Part shown: piece after piece, positions 1-13,000 of the stretch | How positions within the stretch are numbered: the stretch's first letter is position 1 | Layout of the letters: the number at the start of each line of letters is the position of its first letter | Source: Eledone cirrhosa | Taxonomy: Eukaryota | DNA: 64,000 nt | Direction of reading: 5' to 3' | Assembly (NCBI GenBank): GCA_964016885.1 | Contig: OZ024745.1 | Span: 13,392,001 to 13,456,000 of the forward strand | The notes under the pieces: model-generated | The model's database searches: none | Told to the model about the DNA's origin: nothing | What the model saw: the letters and a program-made list of their open reading frames with translations, nothing else | Position numbers and translations under genes: made by a program

Positions 1-237
1 TGTACTGGTGGTGTATGTCAATGTATAGTTGACAGTAGTCACAGTTATCCAATGTACTGGTGGTGTATGTCAATGTATAGTTGACAGTAGTCACAGTTAT
101 CCAATGTACTGGTGGTGTATGTCAATGTACAGTTGACAGTAGTCACAGTTATCCAATGTACTGGTGGTGTATGTCAATGTATAGTTGACAGTAGTCACAG
201 TTATTCAATGTGCTGGCGATGTGTGTCCGTGTATAGT
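1..237. repeat. 52-bp minisatellite (4 near-perfect copies plus a degenerate fifth; runs off the left window edge)
   Basis: Unit tgtactggtggtgtatgtcaatgtatagttgacagtagtcacagttatccaa starts at 1, 53, 105 and 157; a degenerate copy starts at 209. Confidence 0.95.
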
Positions 238-619
238 TTCGGTGTTGTTGATTATAACCGACTCTGAACTTTGTAGCTTTAGAAAACTCTCGTGTAGAGT
301 CCCACTGCGTCTGTTGTATGAGACGGAGAAAGTGTGAGAGAAAGAGAGCTAGATAGATAGGGAGATAGATGGCAAGGTGTGAGAGAGAAAGGAGTAATGT
401 AAAAGAAAGAGGTGAAGTAAAGTGTGTGTTAAGGAATTGTTTAGGGATACTGTGTATTAAGATTGATTTCTTGCCTCACACAAGAATAAAATAGGTCAGC
501 AAGTGCGTCCCTCAATCTCTGGCTCCTTGCCTGGTTGTCTCTCTCTCTCTTTACATATAAGGCAAATATATTCATAGTCTCTTCACGCCGACCTTTTATT
601 TTTCTTGGTGCAATACTTG

Positions 620-670
<51 letters not shown>

Positions 671-999
671 GTGTGTGTGTGTATATATATACGAGTGTGT
701 GTGTGTGAATGTATGTATATATATATATGTGTGTGTATATATATATGTCTCTATGTATATGTGCACGTGTGTGTGTGCGTGTATGTTTCTGTGTACGTGT
801 GTGCATGTGTGTGTAGGTAGTGTGTGTCATTAAAATGACTGTCCCAGGGTAGAACACACATAAATGTCACATCCAACAATGTAACACATTGGTGTGATTT
901 CTGCAGCTTATTCCTGTAAAATATCTATTGTGTGTGTGTACGTGTGTGTGTGTGTCTACATGTGTGTGTGTGTACGTGTGTGTGTGTGAGGGACAGAAA

Positions 1000-1079
<80 letters not shown>

Positions 1080-1576
1080 TTGTGTGTGTGTGGGAAAAAT
1101 GTGTGTGAGGGACAGAGAGTGTGTGTAACACTAAAAGTCGCCACCCCTCCCCAATAGGAGTCTAATCCGCCGCCATACACCCATCTACAGGTCCTCCCAT
1201 GTTAGCTAGCAGCCAGGTAAGTAGTACTCATATCAATGTGCTGTTATAACAATCACCTTAGTGAATGGTAGACTAGCAGTGCTGCCACTGGTTACACTGC
1301 ACACACACACACACACACAGGCATACATATATCTAAATATGCATGTACACATGTTAACACACACGCACACACATTTATACATATATATACATATATATAT
1401 ATATCTACACACACTCCCTACACACACACAGACACACTGTTGTCGCCATTAAGCCAACAAGTCCAGACAAGAACCATCCAGGTATACTCTACAGATGTAT
1501 CAATCGTTCTACAACTTTCTCTTTGTCTTCCCTTTCTCTCTTTCTTCTTAGACTAGAAACCTCCATGATTACATCG

Positions 1577-1661
<85 letters not shown>

Positions 1662-1684
1662 GTATATATATATATGTATGTATG

Positions 1685-1893
<209 letters not shown>

Positions 1894-2058
1894 TATATAT
1901 TTCTGCTCCCTCACAAGTTGAGCTTATTAAGTTGTGTGTGTTGGGCTGTTATTTCTATTCAATACACGCTTACCACGTTTGACTAGCGGCGCACGAGGTG
2001 ACAAATTCATCTTTCTGTGTGAACGTTGGCAAATAGTGTTTGTGGCATTTAATCAGAT

Positions 2059-2138
2059 TCTCTCGCTGATGAAGCCCAGAATTATCTGTTACAAACACAC
2101 TCAGGGCGAAACAGATTAGGGATAATCTGTCCGAGAGA
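2059..2138 (+). ncRNA. Type I hammerhead ribozyme with intact core
   Basis: Stem I TCTCTCG(2059-65)/CGAGAGA(2132-38); CTGATGA 2066-72 plus an extra A; stem II GCCC/GGGC; GAAA 2108-11; stem III CAGATTA-GGGA-TAATCTG; GUC triplet 2129-31. Confidence 0.9.
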
Positions 2139-2271
2139 TATAATGGTTATTGAGGCGGTTTGTATATTTTATCATTCTGTCTGCTTCTTGGTTAAATATT
2201 TCAAACAAATGTGGTTTTTCAACCCTTGTAATTTTAGACACACGGTTTACTGTGTTTCTTACTATATATTA

Positions 2272-2341
<70 letters not shown>

Positions 2342-2343
2342 CA

Positions 2344-2393
<50 letters not shown>

Positions 2394-2479
2394 TATCCCG
2401 CCATTGAACTACACTGGCATTTGGTTGGACAATACATGCGTACCTTGGCGCCTTGTGCGTGAAGGAACGTATATCCTAT

Positions 2480-2537
<58 letters not shown>

Positions 2538-2643
2538 ATATATATATATATATAACGAAGGAAATGTGGTAAGGAACCAGATGGACCATAACGCACCAAA
2601 GTACTCAATGCTTAGGGTAGTAGAGTGGGTAATAGGAACGAGT

Positions 2644-2682
2644 AGGACCCCGACGGCTGAGCTCAAGCCGTTTCGACGGCTA
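2644..2682 (-). ncRNA. 3' half of a hammerhead motif (family shared with 7088 and 38698)
   Basis: Minus strand reads gccgtc-GAAA-CGGCT-tgagctc-AGCCG-TC-ggggtcct; no CTGAnGA is found before the adjacent (TA)n. Confidence 0.6.
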
Positions 2683-2705
2683 ATTCTGGACTACATATAT
2701 ATAGC

Positions 2706-2767
<62 letters not shown>

Positions 2768-2895
2768 ATATCTATATATATATATACATACATATATATA
2801 TATAATGTATATATATGCATATATATGAGTGTGTGTGTGTGTAAGTATATGTATGTGTGTATATATATATATATTCATATATATACACACACACG

Positions 2896-2951
<56 letters not shown>

Positions 2952-2996
2952 AATATACATATTCATTCAATATGTACTTATATACCTATTCATTAC

Positions 2997-3083
<87 letters not shown>

Positions 3084-3163
3084 CCTACTGTAGTGGACAA
3101 CTACCAACATGTTTATAACTCCAGTAGCATATCAAAAACAAAAACACCACAATCTGAACACCA

Positions 3164-3234
3164 CTTGTCTAAAGAGAACACGCCAAACGGTCATTATGCA
3201 ATCACTTTGATGTCTTCGAAATACATATAACAGG
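3164..3234 (+). ncRNA. Decayed minimal hammerhead motif
   Basis: cttgt-CTAAAGA (G5A relative to CTGAAGA)-gaacac...gtcttc-GAAA-tacata-TA-acagg; stems I and II pair with GU pairs and one mismatch. Confidence 0.5.
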
Positions 3235-3404
3235 ATTATGTTAGAAACAGAGGATGTACATTTAAAACCGTCTCTCTTTATAATATTGACTCTCCGGTTG
3301 ATTCGTTATTGATATTACTTTAAGGAATACAAGTCATTGAGTGCTTTACGTCTCCCTACTATCAAAGTCGGTGGATTATCTGATCAAACAACTTTCGTCA
3401 ATTG

Positions 3405-3565
<161 letters not shown>

Positions 3566-3616
3566 CATATATATATATAATATAAGATCAAAAGATGGTT
3601 AAAGGAGTTCCATATA

Positions 3617-3683
3617 TTTTATTATGCGCATTTCAAAAACAAACATCATCAAGCAATAATATTTGTGTTTTCATCAGATAAAA
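3617..3683 (-). ncRNA. Minimal (Penelope-type) type I hammerhead ribozyme
   Basis: Minus strand reads TTTTAT-CTGATGA-aaacacaaatattatt...atgatgtttgttttt-GAAA-TGCGCA-TA-ATAAAA; helix III is palindromic; AUA triplet. Confidence 0.8.
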
Positions 3684-4247
3684 CAGGAGAACATGATATG
3701 AAGGCTAAAAAACACTTGTTGATAGTGCAGTTTTAAATCAACATATGAAAAGTGGTTTTAGATTGATGTGCGATATTGGGAAAAATATTTTATTTAGAGA
3801 GGGGGGGGGGTGAAAAGGGAAGGAGATGAGAGGGAGAGATGGGTGATAGAGAGAAAGAGATAGTTTTTATAACTGAGAAAAAGATATATTGTTTTAATAT
3901 AGAGAGGTTGGGAACCGTTGGAAGATAATGTATAAATTAAAGGAATTTGAAAATTAACGAAGGGAAATTATGTATGAAGATAGAGAGAAAAAAATAATAA
4001 TTGTGGGTGAATATTCTAACGTCAAAAGAAGAAATGTATGTATTGTGGCAATTTCAAAATTAGCGAAGAGAAAAGTTGTTATGGTTTGTGTGTAGAAGGA
4101 TTTGAGAAAAATAATGTGAAGTTAAAGTTTGTATATTGAATTGATATGTATTAATAATGAGTTCGTTGATGGGGAGAAAAAAATAATAATAAATTAAGGA
4201 TGAAATTGAGATTAAAAAGATTTATGATAGAGAGAATATACATATAC

Positions 4248-4283
<36 letters not shown>

Positions 4284-4549
4284 ATACATATTATGTATAT
4301 ACATACACACACACACATATATATATATTCTTTTCCTTTTTTCATATATATATATATTTTTTTTTTTTCTGATTGGATTTTCACCTCGAAACTGATACCA
4401 ACCCGGAGTACACCTGAACTTCCACCAGGAAATCTTTCGTATCTTTGAAATTTTATTTGCTTCTTGCATTTAAATATTCCACGACTCTCTACCATTTTTC
4501 CTCTACTCCATCCCGCCCGTCTTCCTCAATCTATCTCATTTATATATAT

Positions 4550-5182
4550 ACTAGCAGTGGTACCCGGCGTTGCACGGGATAAGGTATTTTGGAACACGGG
4601 CCGCCAACAGACCTAATCGTGGAAAAACTGCATGCCTGGATAATATGTAAAGAAAATAAATCGAATACTCTGATGGCTGGATAATCTTTAAGATTTTCTT
4701 CGATGAAGCAGGAAAAATTCAGGTTTTCACCTAATGCGAGCCCTAGGGGATCAAGAAAATGAATTTATTTTAATGTACATAATATGCCTTGAAATTTCGG
4801 GAAAATCGGCTAGACGTAACGCCTCAAAAAAGCCCTAAAAAGCTGAAAAAATGAAGTTTTTCACCTAATGCGGGCCCTAGGCCATAAAAAAGTTGGATTT
4901 TCTTTGCTCACGGTATGAAGAAGAGACTGACTATTACATAGTTACAATTAGAAGGAAATCGGTAACGCCTCAAAACACCCCTAAAAAGCTGGAAAAAAGG
5001 CAGTTTTTCACCTAGGGGATCAAAAAGTTTAATTTTTTATGTGCATAACACTCCCTGAAACATAAGTAATACACATGTAGTGTTTGAAAAAAAATTGGTT
5101 GGGTACTTCTCGAGTTTTAGGGATTCAAACTCACAGACACACACACACAGACACACATCCTCAGTTTTATATATATAGACTA
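4550..5182 (+). mobile_element. Non-autonomous Helitron/Helentron-like (HINE/DINE-1-like) element
   Basis: Starts actagcagtggtacccggcgttgcacggg (short stem-loop); internal repeats of ttttcacctaatgcg..ccctagg; ends with an (ACAG/AC)n tract and ttttatatatatagactag; sits in TA. Confidence 0.6.
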
Positions 5183-5722
5183 GCAGAAAACCACCCGGGG
5201 GCGGTTTTCTGCTAGTCTATATATCTAAAACAGAGAATGTCTGTCTGTCAGCTCACTAAAACTTGAGAACCATCCAACCGATTGTTTTCAAACTTTAGAC
5301 ATGTAATACTTATGGTCCTGTGAGTGTTTTGAGCAAAAGTTATTTCCAATTTTCAATGCCCTAGGGACCGCATTAGGCGATTTAGCGTTCTCTCTATATA
5401 ATTCTTAGTCTTTCTTTTTAGATAGATACATAGATATAACGTTGCGCCCTTATAATATCTGTCTGTATGTCTGGCTGTCTGCATTACGTCATTATGACGC
5501 GCTCAGCGCGATTCCCTCGGCCTCAGTGACCAAAGTCAGTGGAGAGGGGAAGGTAATGTTTCTGTAGCACGTGTTTCAGCGTCTATTCACTCTCTCTCTC
5601 TCTCCCTCCCTCTCGCTATCCCCCTCTCGTAGTCTGTCTCTTTCTTTCACTCTCTCTCTACGCACGTGTTTCCACTGTCGGACAGAGAGACAGAGAAATT
5701 GCTGGTTATATATATAAGTAGA
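5183..5722 (-). mobile_element. Inverted second Helitron-like copy plus a further related fragment
   Basis: 5217-5390 is the diverged reverse complement of the 3' part of the 4550 element (ccctagg..cgcattagg, tgtctgtctgtc); a perfect hairpin lies at the junction; the segment ends tatatataagtagat. Confidence 0.5.
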
Positions 5723-5867
5723 TATCGACAGTCAATCAACAAGATCCCAGGCCTCACTCGCTTAACGAATGGGATAGAGCTCGTTAAATCGGACCGAAGA
5801 AATAATGTTTCCACTGGTCTTTCCAATTGCTAATACTATCTACCGGTTACAAATCCAGGCAGAAGTA

Positions 5868-5980
5868 AAGTCACGTCGCTGAGTGGTTAAAGAATTGGAT
5901 TCGCAATCGTGAGGTTGTGAGTTCGATTCCCGGACCGGTCAATGTGTTATGTCCTTGAGCAAGATACTTTATTTCACGTT
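5868..5980 (+). mobile_element. tRNA-derived SINE, 3'-truncated
   Basis: A-box-like tcgctgagtgg and B-box gttcgattccc, followed by gtccttgagcaagatacttta; same family as 27129. Confidence 0.75.
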
Positions 5981-6141
5981 TCTCTTTCTGTCTCTCTCTC
6001 TCTCTATTTATATGTGTGTGGTGTGTATGTGTATGTGTATGTGTCTGTGTGTATGTGTCTCTCTCTCTCTATTTATATGTGGTGTGGTGTGTATGTGTCT
6101 GTGTCTGTGTGTATGTGTCTGTGTCTGCGTGTATGTGTCTA

Positions 6142-6357
6142 GAGGGACTGTGTTGAAAAATAAACCTCATTTGGTCATTTCGTGAGAGTATCTTGGTAAG
6201 CCTATGAACTTTCCAGCCTATGAAGGTGTGATGTAAGAGCTGTGAAATTTTGCATGCATTAATTTCAATTTTTCTTATTAATAACTACATTGTTTCTTTC
6301 CAAGGACTATGTTTTAAAATAAACCTCATTTGTTCATTCCAACAGAGTGTCTTGGTC
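6142..6357 (-). mobile_element. Fragment of mariner-like MITE (internal ~160-bp subrepeat)
   Basis: agggact.tgttgaaaaataaacctcatttggtcatt occurs twice; homologous to 8656-8900. Confidence 0.6.
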
Positions 6358-6495
6358 AACTTCTCAACCGAGACTCATATCTCAGCTCACTCTCATGGTT
6401 AAGATAGTGAAACTCTTGCAGCGGTGAACAGCTCGCGATACCCATTACATCAGCAATACCCCTCAGTTCTTTCATGAGGTCGATAAGTTTTCTGA
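6356..6495 (-). CDS. Candidate coding exon of an unidentified host gene (RKLIDLMKELRGIADVMGIASCSPLQEFHYLNHE...)
   Basis: Acceptor ttttttgtttag at 6496-97; non-repetitive, protein-like open frame; ends either at donor GTGAGC (6390) or at stop 6356. Confidence 0.4.
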
Positions 6496-6637
6496 CTAAA
6501 CAAAAAACAAAAAAAGACTTCTTCTTCTTCTTCTTCTTCTTCTTCACTGTTTCTACTACCAGTATTACCTTTTGTCGAGGCAGAATACCGATAGTTTCTT
6601 AAGATTCTGCTGTTCTGTCATACATACACACATACAT

Positions 6638-6675
<38 letters not shown>

Positions 6676-7087
6676 GTGTGTGTATTCTCTCTCTCTGTTG
6701 TGTGTGTATGCGTGTGCCTATGCAGGTGAGAGAGTGTTTGTGAGATGTTTCACATTGTTTTTTTCTAGTTTTTGTTGTTTGTTTTTAGATGTCTTTAATG
6801 CCAATGACCTTTGCAAAGCTGTGTAAGTGATATAACAACTGAAACATTTGCTGGTCAATGTCTGACCAAACAATGTAGGAGGGAAAGGAAGAGAAGCAGA
6901 AACCGGCACATAATATTTTAAATGAAAATGAAGACTGTTAAAAAACATAGGTGCCGTGTGTTAGGTTATGGTGGTTCTCTAACGGAAGGCATTTCAAGGG
7001 AGAACATCCTTTAGCTAAGGAGGAATTGATGGTGGTATTGGTGTGGGAGGCTCTAAACTAGGAAAGAGAGACGTACATTATATATAG

Positions 7088-7131
7088 CTGTTGAAACGGC
7101 AAAGAGCTCAGTCGTCGGGTCCCGACTCTTT
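7088..7131 (+). ncRNA. 3' half of a hammerhead motif between TA tracts
   Basis: ctgtt-GAAA-cggc-aaagagctca-gtcg-TC-gggtcccgactcttt; homologous to 2644 and 38698. Confidence 0.55.
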
Positions 7132-7376
7132 CATATATACATATATAATAATAGATTACAGTATTGTAAAAGAGGATAGAAAGAAGAGGTATAAAGAGGT
7201 GCGATACAGAATATTACATGCCAAAAGCAGATGCGTAAGTGCTCGATGGTTTGGTTATCAGGGTTAAATATTAGAGAAAGTTAATATTTAGTGTAAAGGT
7301 TAAGCAGAGCTGTAATAAGCAAAAGAATTAGTGAATGAAAGAGTTACAAGCCGTTAATACATATCTTTATATAGCT

Positions 7377-7412
7377 ATTACACGTGTTTCGCCCAAGGGC
7401 GCTCATCGGAGG
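7377..7412 (-). ncRNA. Minimal hammerhead variant (U4C), inverted partner of 8534
   Basis: Minus strand reads ct-CCGATGA-gcgcccttgggc-GAAA-CACGTG-TA; stem I is degraded. Confidence 0.55.
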
Positions 7413-8533
7413 CAGATATTGAAAGCAAAGATTTTAATTACAGACCCTAAGAGGGTAAAATAATAATTTTACATCGCCATGCACCAGTAATAACTGGGGT
7501 CGGTTTAATCCAATCTTCCTCCTCTTCCATAAATACGTGTCATTGTGTCTCTGTTAGAAATCCTTATTGCATCCGAGTTGTATCAGCTAGACTATGAAAT
7601 AGAATCTATCCATCCATGGGCCCTTGGCGTTTTCAGCAATTTTTTACCTGCTAGAGTCCGTCCCTCTCCAGGTTTGAACTAAACCAATTTCTACCACAGA
7701 GAATGAGAATGAGGGGAAAGTGATAGAGAGAGAAAGGGAGGCGGGAAATCAACCTTAGTATTAGTACTTGGTCAATTACGAAAAGCTTAAAATGGCACAG
7801 TTGACCTCGGCAGGATTCGGGGAGGGGTTGAACTTAGAGAGCAGAAACGCATACCACAAACATTCTATCTGACATTCTAATGACTCTGTCAGTTTGTCAC
7901 CTTCAAGGAGTACAGCGCCGTATAACGAAGTCTCTTGTTTCAATACGAGGGTCGGCTGAATAGTTCATAGGCTAACCAAGATACTCTCATGGAATGACCA
8001 AATGAAGTTTAGTTTTCAACATAGTCCCTGGAAAGAAACAATGCAGTTATTAGTAAGAAGAGATGAATTTAATGCATGCAAGATTATACAGCTCTAGCAT
8101 CATTCCTTCTAAGACTGAAAAGTTCATAGGCTATAAATGGTGCCGTGTTTGGGTGTGAATATGATAGACTATTGGTAAACTCATTAAAGACTGCACACAG
8201 GTATACCTAATGCAAGGGGGCACGTTGGGTTCGAGCATTAGGTATTACCTGTGTGCAGTCTTTCACACATAAACACGGCACCATTTATACTGAGTTGACA
8301 AACCCTACATATGTTAAAATTAAAAAGAAAAAAATATTTTTTCCATGGCTGGTGCTGGTCATAAGTTATACAGTAAACTTTATACTGGCACCGGCAATTA
8401 CCTCCCTTAGCAAACTATACTCCTTTCACCGTGTTTATACCAATAACATTTACAATTACTATGCATGGCGATGTAAAATTATTATTTTACCCTCTTAGGG
8501 TCTGTAATTAAAATCTTTGCTTTCAATATCTGC

Positions 8534-8568
8534 CTCCGATGAGCCCCTTGTGCGAAACACGTGTAAGA
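8534..8568 (+). ncRNA. Minimal hammerhead variant (U4C)
   Basis: ct-CCGATGA(8536-42)-gccccttgtgc-GAAA(8554-57)-CACGTG-TA-ag; palindromic helix III; GUA triplet. Confidence 0.6.
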
Positions 8569-8624
8569 TTTATATAAAGATATGTTTTAACGGCTTGTAA
8601 CTCTTTCATTCACTAATTCTTTTG

Positions 8625-8655
<31 letters not shown>

Positions 8656-8659
<4 letters not shown>

Positions 8660-8900
8660 ACTATGTTGAAAAATAAACCTCATTTGGTCATACCATGACA
8701 GTATTTTGGTCAGCCTATGAACTTTTCAGTCTTAGAAGGAATGATGCTAGAGCTGTATAATCTTGCATGCATTAAATTCATCTCTTCTTACTAATAACTG
8801 CATTGTTTCTTTCCAGGGACTATGTTGAAAACTAAACTTCATTTGGTCATTCCATGAGAGTATCTTGGTTAGCCTATGAACTATTCAGCCGACCCTCGTA
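8656..8900 (-). mobile_element. Mariner/Tc1-like MITE end (inverted copy at 7944-8132)
   Basis: Terminus reads TA-CGAGGGTCGGCTGAATAGTTC on the minus strand, the tacgaggg start typical of mariner TIRs; internal subrepeat. Confidence 0.6.
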
Positions 8901-9559
8901 TTGAAACAAGAGACTTCGTTATACGGCGCTGTACTCCTTGAAGGTGACAAACTGACAGAGTCATTAGAATGTCAGATAGAATGTTTGTAGTATGCGTTTC
9001 TGCTCTCTAAGTTCAACCCCTCCCCGAATCCTGCCGAGGTCAACTGTGCCATTTTAAGCTTTTCGTAATTGACCAAGTACTAATACTAAGGTTGATTTCC
9101 CGCCTCCTTTTCTCTCTCTATCACTTTCCCCTCATTCTCATTCTCTGTGGTAGAAATTGGTTTAGTTCAAACCTGGAGAGGGACGGACTCTAGCAGGTAA
9201 AAAACTGCTGAAAACACCAAGGGCCCATGGATGGATAGATTCTATTTCATAGTCTAGCTGATACAACTCGGATGCAATAAGGATTTCTAACAGAGACACA
9301 ATGACACGTATTTATGGAAGAGGAGGAAGATTGGATTAAACCGACCCAAATTATTACTGGTGCAATAGTATGATTCCAAAATGAAACAGCAAAAGTCGAT
9401 CTTTCTGTTTGACATCAAACATCGGCCCCAACCTGCTTCAATATAATTTAATTTCTCTAAATTTAAATAAATATTGGGTCATCAAGTATGAAATTTGTAT
9501 AAATTTGTTTTTTTCTACAAATTTCTACAAATTTCATACTCGATGACCCAATATTTATA

Positions 9560-9716
9560 ATTCTTTCTACTTGTTAGCACAAGGCCAGCAATTATCCCAG
9601 TGTATTACTGATATTTTATTTTATCGACCCCGTAAAGATGAAAGGCAAAGTTAACCTCGGCGGGATTTGAACTCAGAATGGCCGTAACTCTTTGCTGCAA
9701 AGCATGGCGTCCGATT
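9560..9716 (-). mobile_element. Abundant tRNA-derived SINE (family of 31349)
   Basis: ttatcgacccc..gatgaaaggcaaagttaacctcggcgggatttgaactcag is the reverse complement of the B-box plus core. Confidence 0.85.
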
Positions 9717-10019
9717 TGTTATGATGCTTCCTCTGTTTGTTTTTTTGTTTTTGTTTTCGTTAATCTGAACTTGAAGTTTTCCCATACGCTGGTGTATAAA
9801 AGACACCTTTAAAAAATGTGCATCTTATCACGTATAACTTTTGTAAGATGGCCACTGACAATGAATATTTATTACCAGTCTTCTGGTTGAACTACTTAAG
9901 GAACGGAACCAACAGAAAGACAACAATAATGATAATAATGCAGGAAATTATACATAAACATGGCGGTTATTGAGGAAACGAACTGACATACTCGTTAAAG
10001 ACATAACACATTAATGTTA

Positions 10020-13000
10020 TTGATGTATCATATCTTGTGTACTGTGATATGTCATATCTTGTGTACTGTGATGTGTCACATCTTGTGTACTTTACTGTGA
10101 TGTGTCATATCTTGTGTACTGTGATGTGTCATATCTTGAGTACTGTGATGTGTCATATCTTGTGTACTGTGATGTGTCATATCTTGTGTACTGTGATGTG
10201 TCATATCTTGAGTACTGTGATGTGTCATATCTTGAGTACTGTGATGTGTCATATCTTGTGTAATGTGATGTGTCATATCTTGTGTACTGTGATGTGTCAC
10301 ATCTTGTATACTGTGATGTGTCATATATTGTGTACTGTGATGTGTCATTTCTTGTTTACTGTGATGTGTCATATCTTGTGTACTGTGATGTGTCATATCT
10401 TGTGTACTGTGATGTGTCACATCTTGTGTACTGTGATGTGTCATATCTTGTGTACTATGATGTGTCATATCTTGTGTACTGTGATGTGTCACATCTTGTG
10501 TACTGTGATGTGTCACATCTTGTGTACTGTGATGTGTCACATCTTGTGTACTGTGATGTGTCATATCTTATGTACTGATGTGTCACATCTTGTGTACTGA
10601 TGTGTCACATCTTGTGTACTGTGATGTGTCATATCTTGTGTACTGATGTGTCACATCTTGTGTACTGATGTGTCACATCTTGTGTACTGTGATGTGTCAC
10701 ATCTTGTGTACTGATGTGTCACATCTTGTGTACTGTGATGTGTCATATCTTGTGTACTGATGTGTAACATATTGTGTACTGTGATGTGTCATATCTTGTG
10801 TACTGTGATGTGTCATATCTTGTGTACTGTGATGTGTCACATCTTGTGTATGTGATGTGTCACATCTTGTGTACTGTGATGTGTCATATCTTGTGTACTG
10901 TGATGTGTCATATCTTGTGTACTGTGATATGTCACATCTTGTGTACTGTGATGTGTCACATCTTGTGTACTGTGATGTGTCATATATTGTGTACTGTGAT
11001 GTGTCATATCTTGTGTACTGTGATGTGTCATATCTTGTGTACTGTGATGTGTCACATCTTGTGTACTGTGATGTGTCACATCTTGTGTACTGTGATGTGT
11101 CATATCTTGTGTACTGTGATGTGTCATATCTTGTGTACTGTGATGTGTCACATCTTGTGTACTGTGATGTGTCACATCTTGTGTACTGTGATGTGTCACA
11201 TCTTGTGTACTGTGATGTGTCACATCTTGTGTACTGTGATGTATCATATCTTGTGTACTGTGATGTGTCATATCTTGTGTACTGTGATGTGTCACATCTT
11301 GTGTACTGTGATGTGTCACATCTTGTGTACTGTGATGTGTCATATCTTGTGTACTGTGATGTGTCACATCTTGTGTACTGTGATGTGTCACATCTTGTGT
11401 ACTGTGATGTGTCATATCTTGTGTACTGTGATGTGTCACATATTGTGTACTGTGATGTGTCATATCTTGTGTACTGTGATGTGTCATATCTTGTGTACTG
11501 TGATGTGTCACATCTTGTGTACTGTGATGTGTCACATCTTGTGTACTGTGATGTGTCATATCTTATGTACTGATGTGTCACATCTTGTGTACTGATGTGT
11601 CACATCTTGTGTACTGTGATGTGTCATATCTTGTGTACTGATGTGTCACATCTTGTGTACTTATGTGTCACATCTTGTGTACTGTGATGTGTCACATCTT
11701 GTGTACTGATGTGTCACATCTTGTGTACTGTGATGTGTCATATCTTGTGTACTGATGTGTCACATATTGTGTACTGTGATGTGTCATATCTTGTGTACTG
11801 TGATGTGTCATATCTTGTGTACTGTGATGTGTCACATCTTGTGTATGTGATGTGTCACATCTTGTGTACTGTGATGTGTCATATCTTGTGTACTGTGATG
11901 TGTCATATCTTGTGTACTGTGATGTGTCACATCTTGTGTACTGTGATGTGTCATATATTGTGTACTGTGATGTGTCATATCTTGTGTACTGTGATGTGTC
12001 ACATCTTGTGTACTGTGATGTGTCACATCTTGTGTACTGTGATGTGTCATATCTTGTGTACTGTGATGTGACATATCTTGTGTACTGTGATGTGTCACAT
12101 CTTGTGTACTGTGATGTGTCACATCTTGTGTACTGTGATGTGTCATATCTTGTGTACTGTGATGTGTCACATCTTGTGTACTGTGATGTATCATATCTTG
12201 TGTACTGTGATGTGTCATATCTTGTGTACTGTGATGTGTCATACATTGTGTACTGTGATGTGTCATACATTGTGTACTGTGATGTGTCATATCTTGTGTA
12301 CTGTGATGTGTCATATCTTGTGTACTGTGATGTGTCACATCTTGTGTACTGTGATGTGTCATATCTTGTGTACTGTGATGTGTCACATCTTGTGTACTGT
12401 GATGTTCATATCTTGTGTACTGTGATGTGTCACATCTTGTGTACTGTGATGTGTCATATCTTGTGTACTGTGATGTGTCATATCTTGAGTACTGTGATGT
12501 GTCATATCTTGTGTACTGTGATGTGTCATATCTTGTGTACTGTGATGTGTCACATCTTGTGTACTGTGATGTGTCATATCTTGTGTACTATGATGTGTCA
12601 TATCTTGTGTACTGTGATGTGTCACATCTTGTGTACTGTGATGTGTCACATCTTCTGTACTGTGATGTGTCACATCTTGTGTACTGTGATGTGTCATATC
12701 TTATGTACTGATGTGTCACATCTTGTGTACTGTGATGTGTCATATCTTGTGTACTGATGTGTCACATCTTGTGTACTGATGTGTCACATCTTGTGTACTG
12801 TGATGTGTCACATCTTGTGTACTGATGTGTCACATCTTGTGTACTGTGATGTGTCATATCTTGTGTACTGATGTGTAACATATTGTGTACTGTGATGTGT
12901 CATATCTTGTGTACTGTGATGTGTCATATCTTGTGTACTGTGATGTGTCACATCTTGTGTATGTGATGTGTCACATCTTGTGTACTGTGATGTGTCATAT

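Larger units (their letters stand above)
7316..9364. repeat. Complex inverted duplication
   Basis: 7316-7483 is the reverse complement of 8462-8628; 7480-8132 is the reverse complement of 8712-9364 (653 bp, few mismatches); central foldback 8132-8289. Confidence 0.92.

Noticed and set aside
150-311. Possible minus-strand terminal exon after a pyrimidine tract and acaacAG
   Set aside because: The frame is ambiguous, the peptides are unrecognisable, and the tract could be a GA microsatellite.
1210-1225. U1 snRNA 5' end (ACTTACCTGGC on the minus strand)
   Set aside because: The match ends after 11 nt; it is simply a CAG|GTAAGT donor-like site on the plus strand.
5868-5940. tRNA gene
   Set aside because: A and B boxes are present but the acceptor stem is incomplete and the sequence continues into a SINE body; the same applies to 27129, 31349 and 33935.
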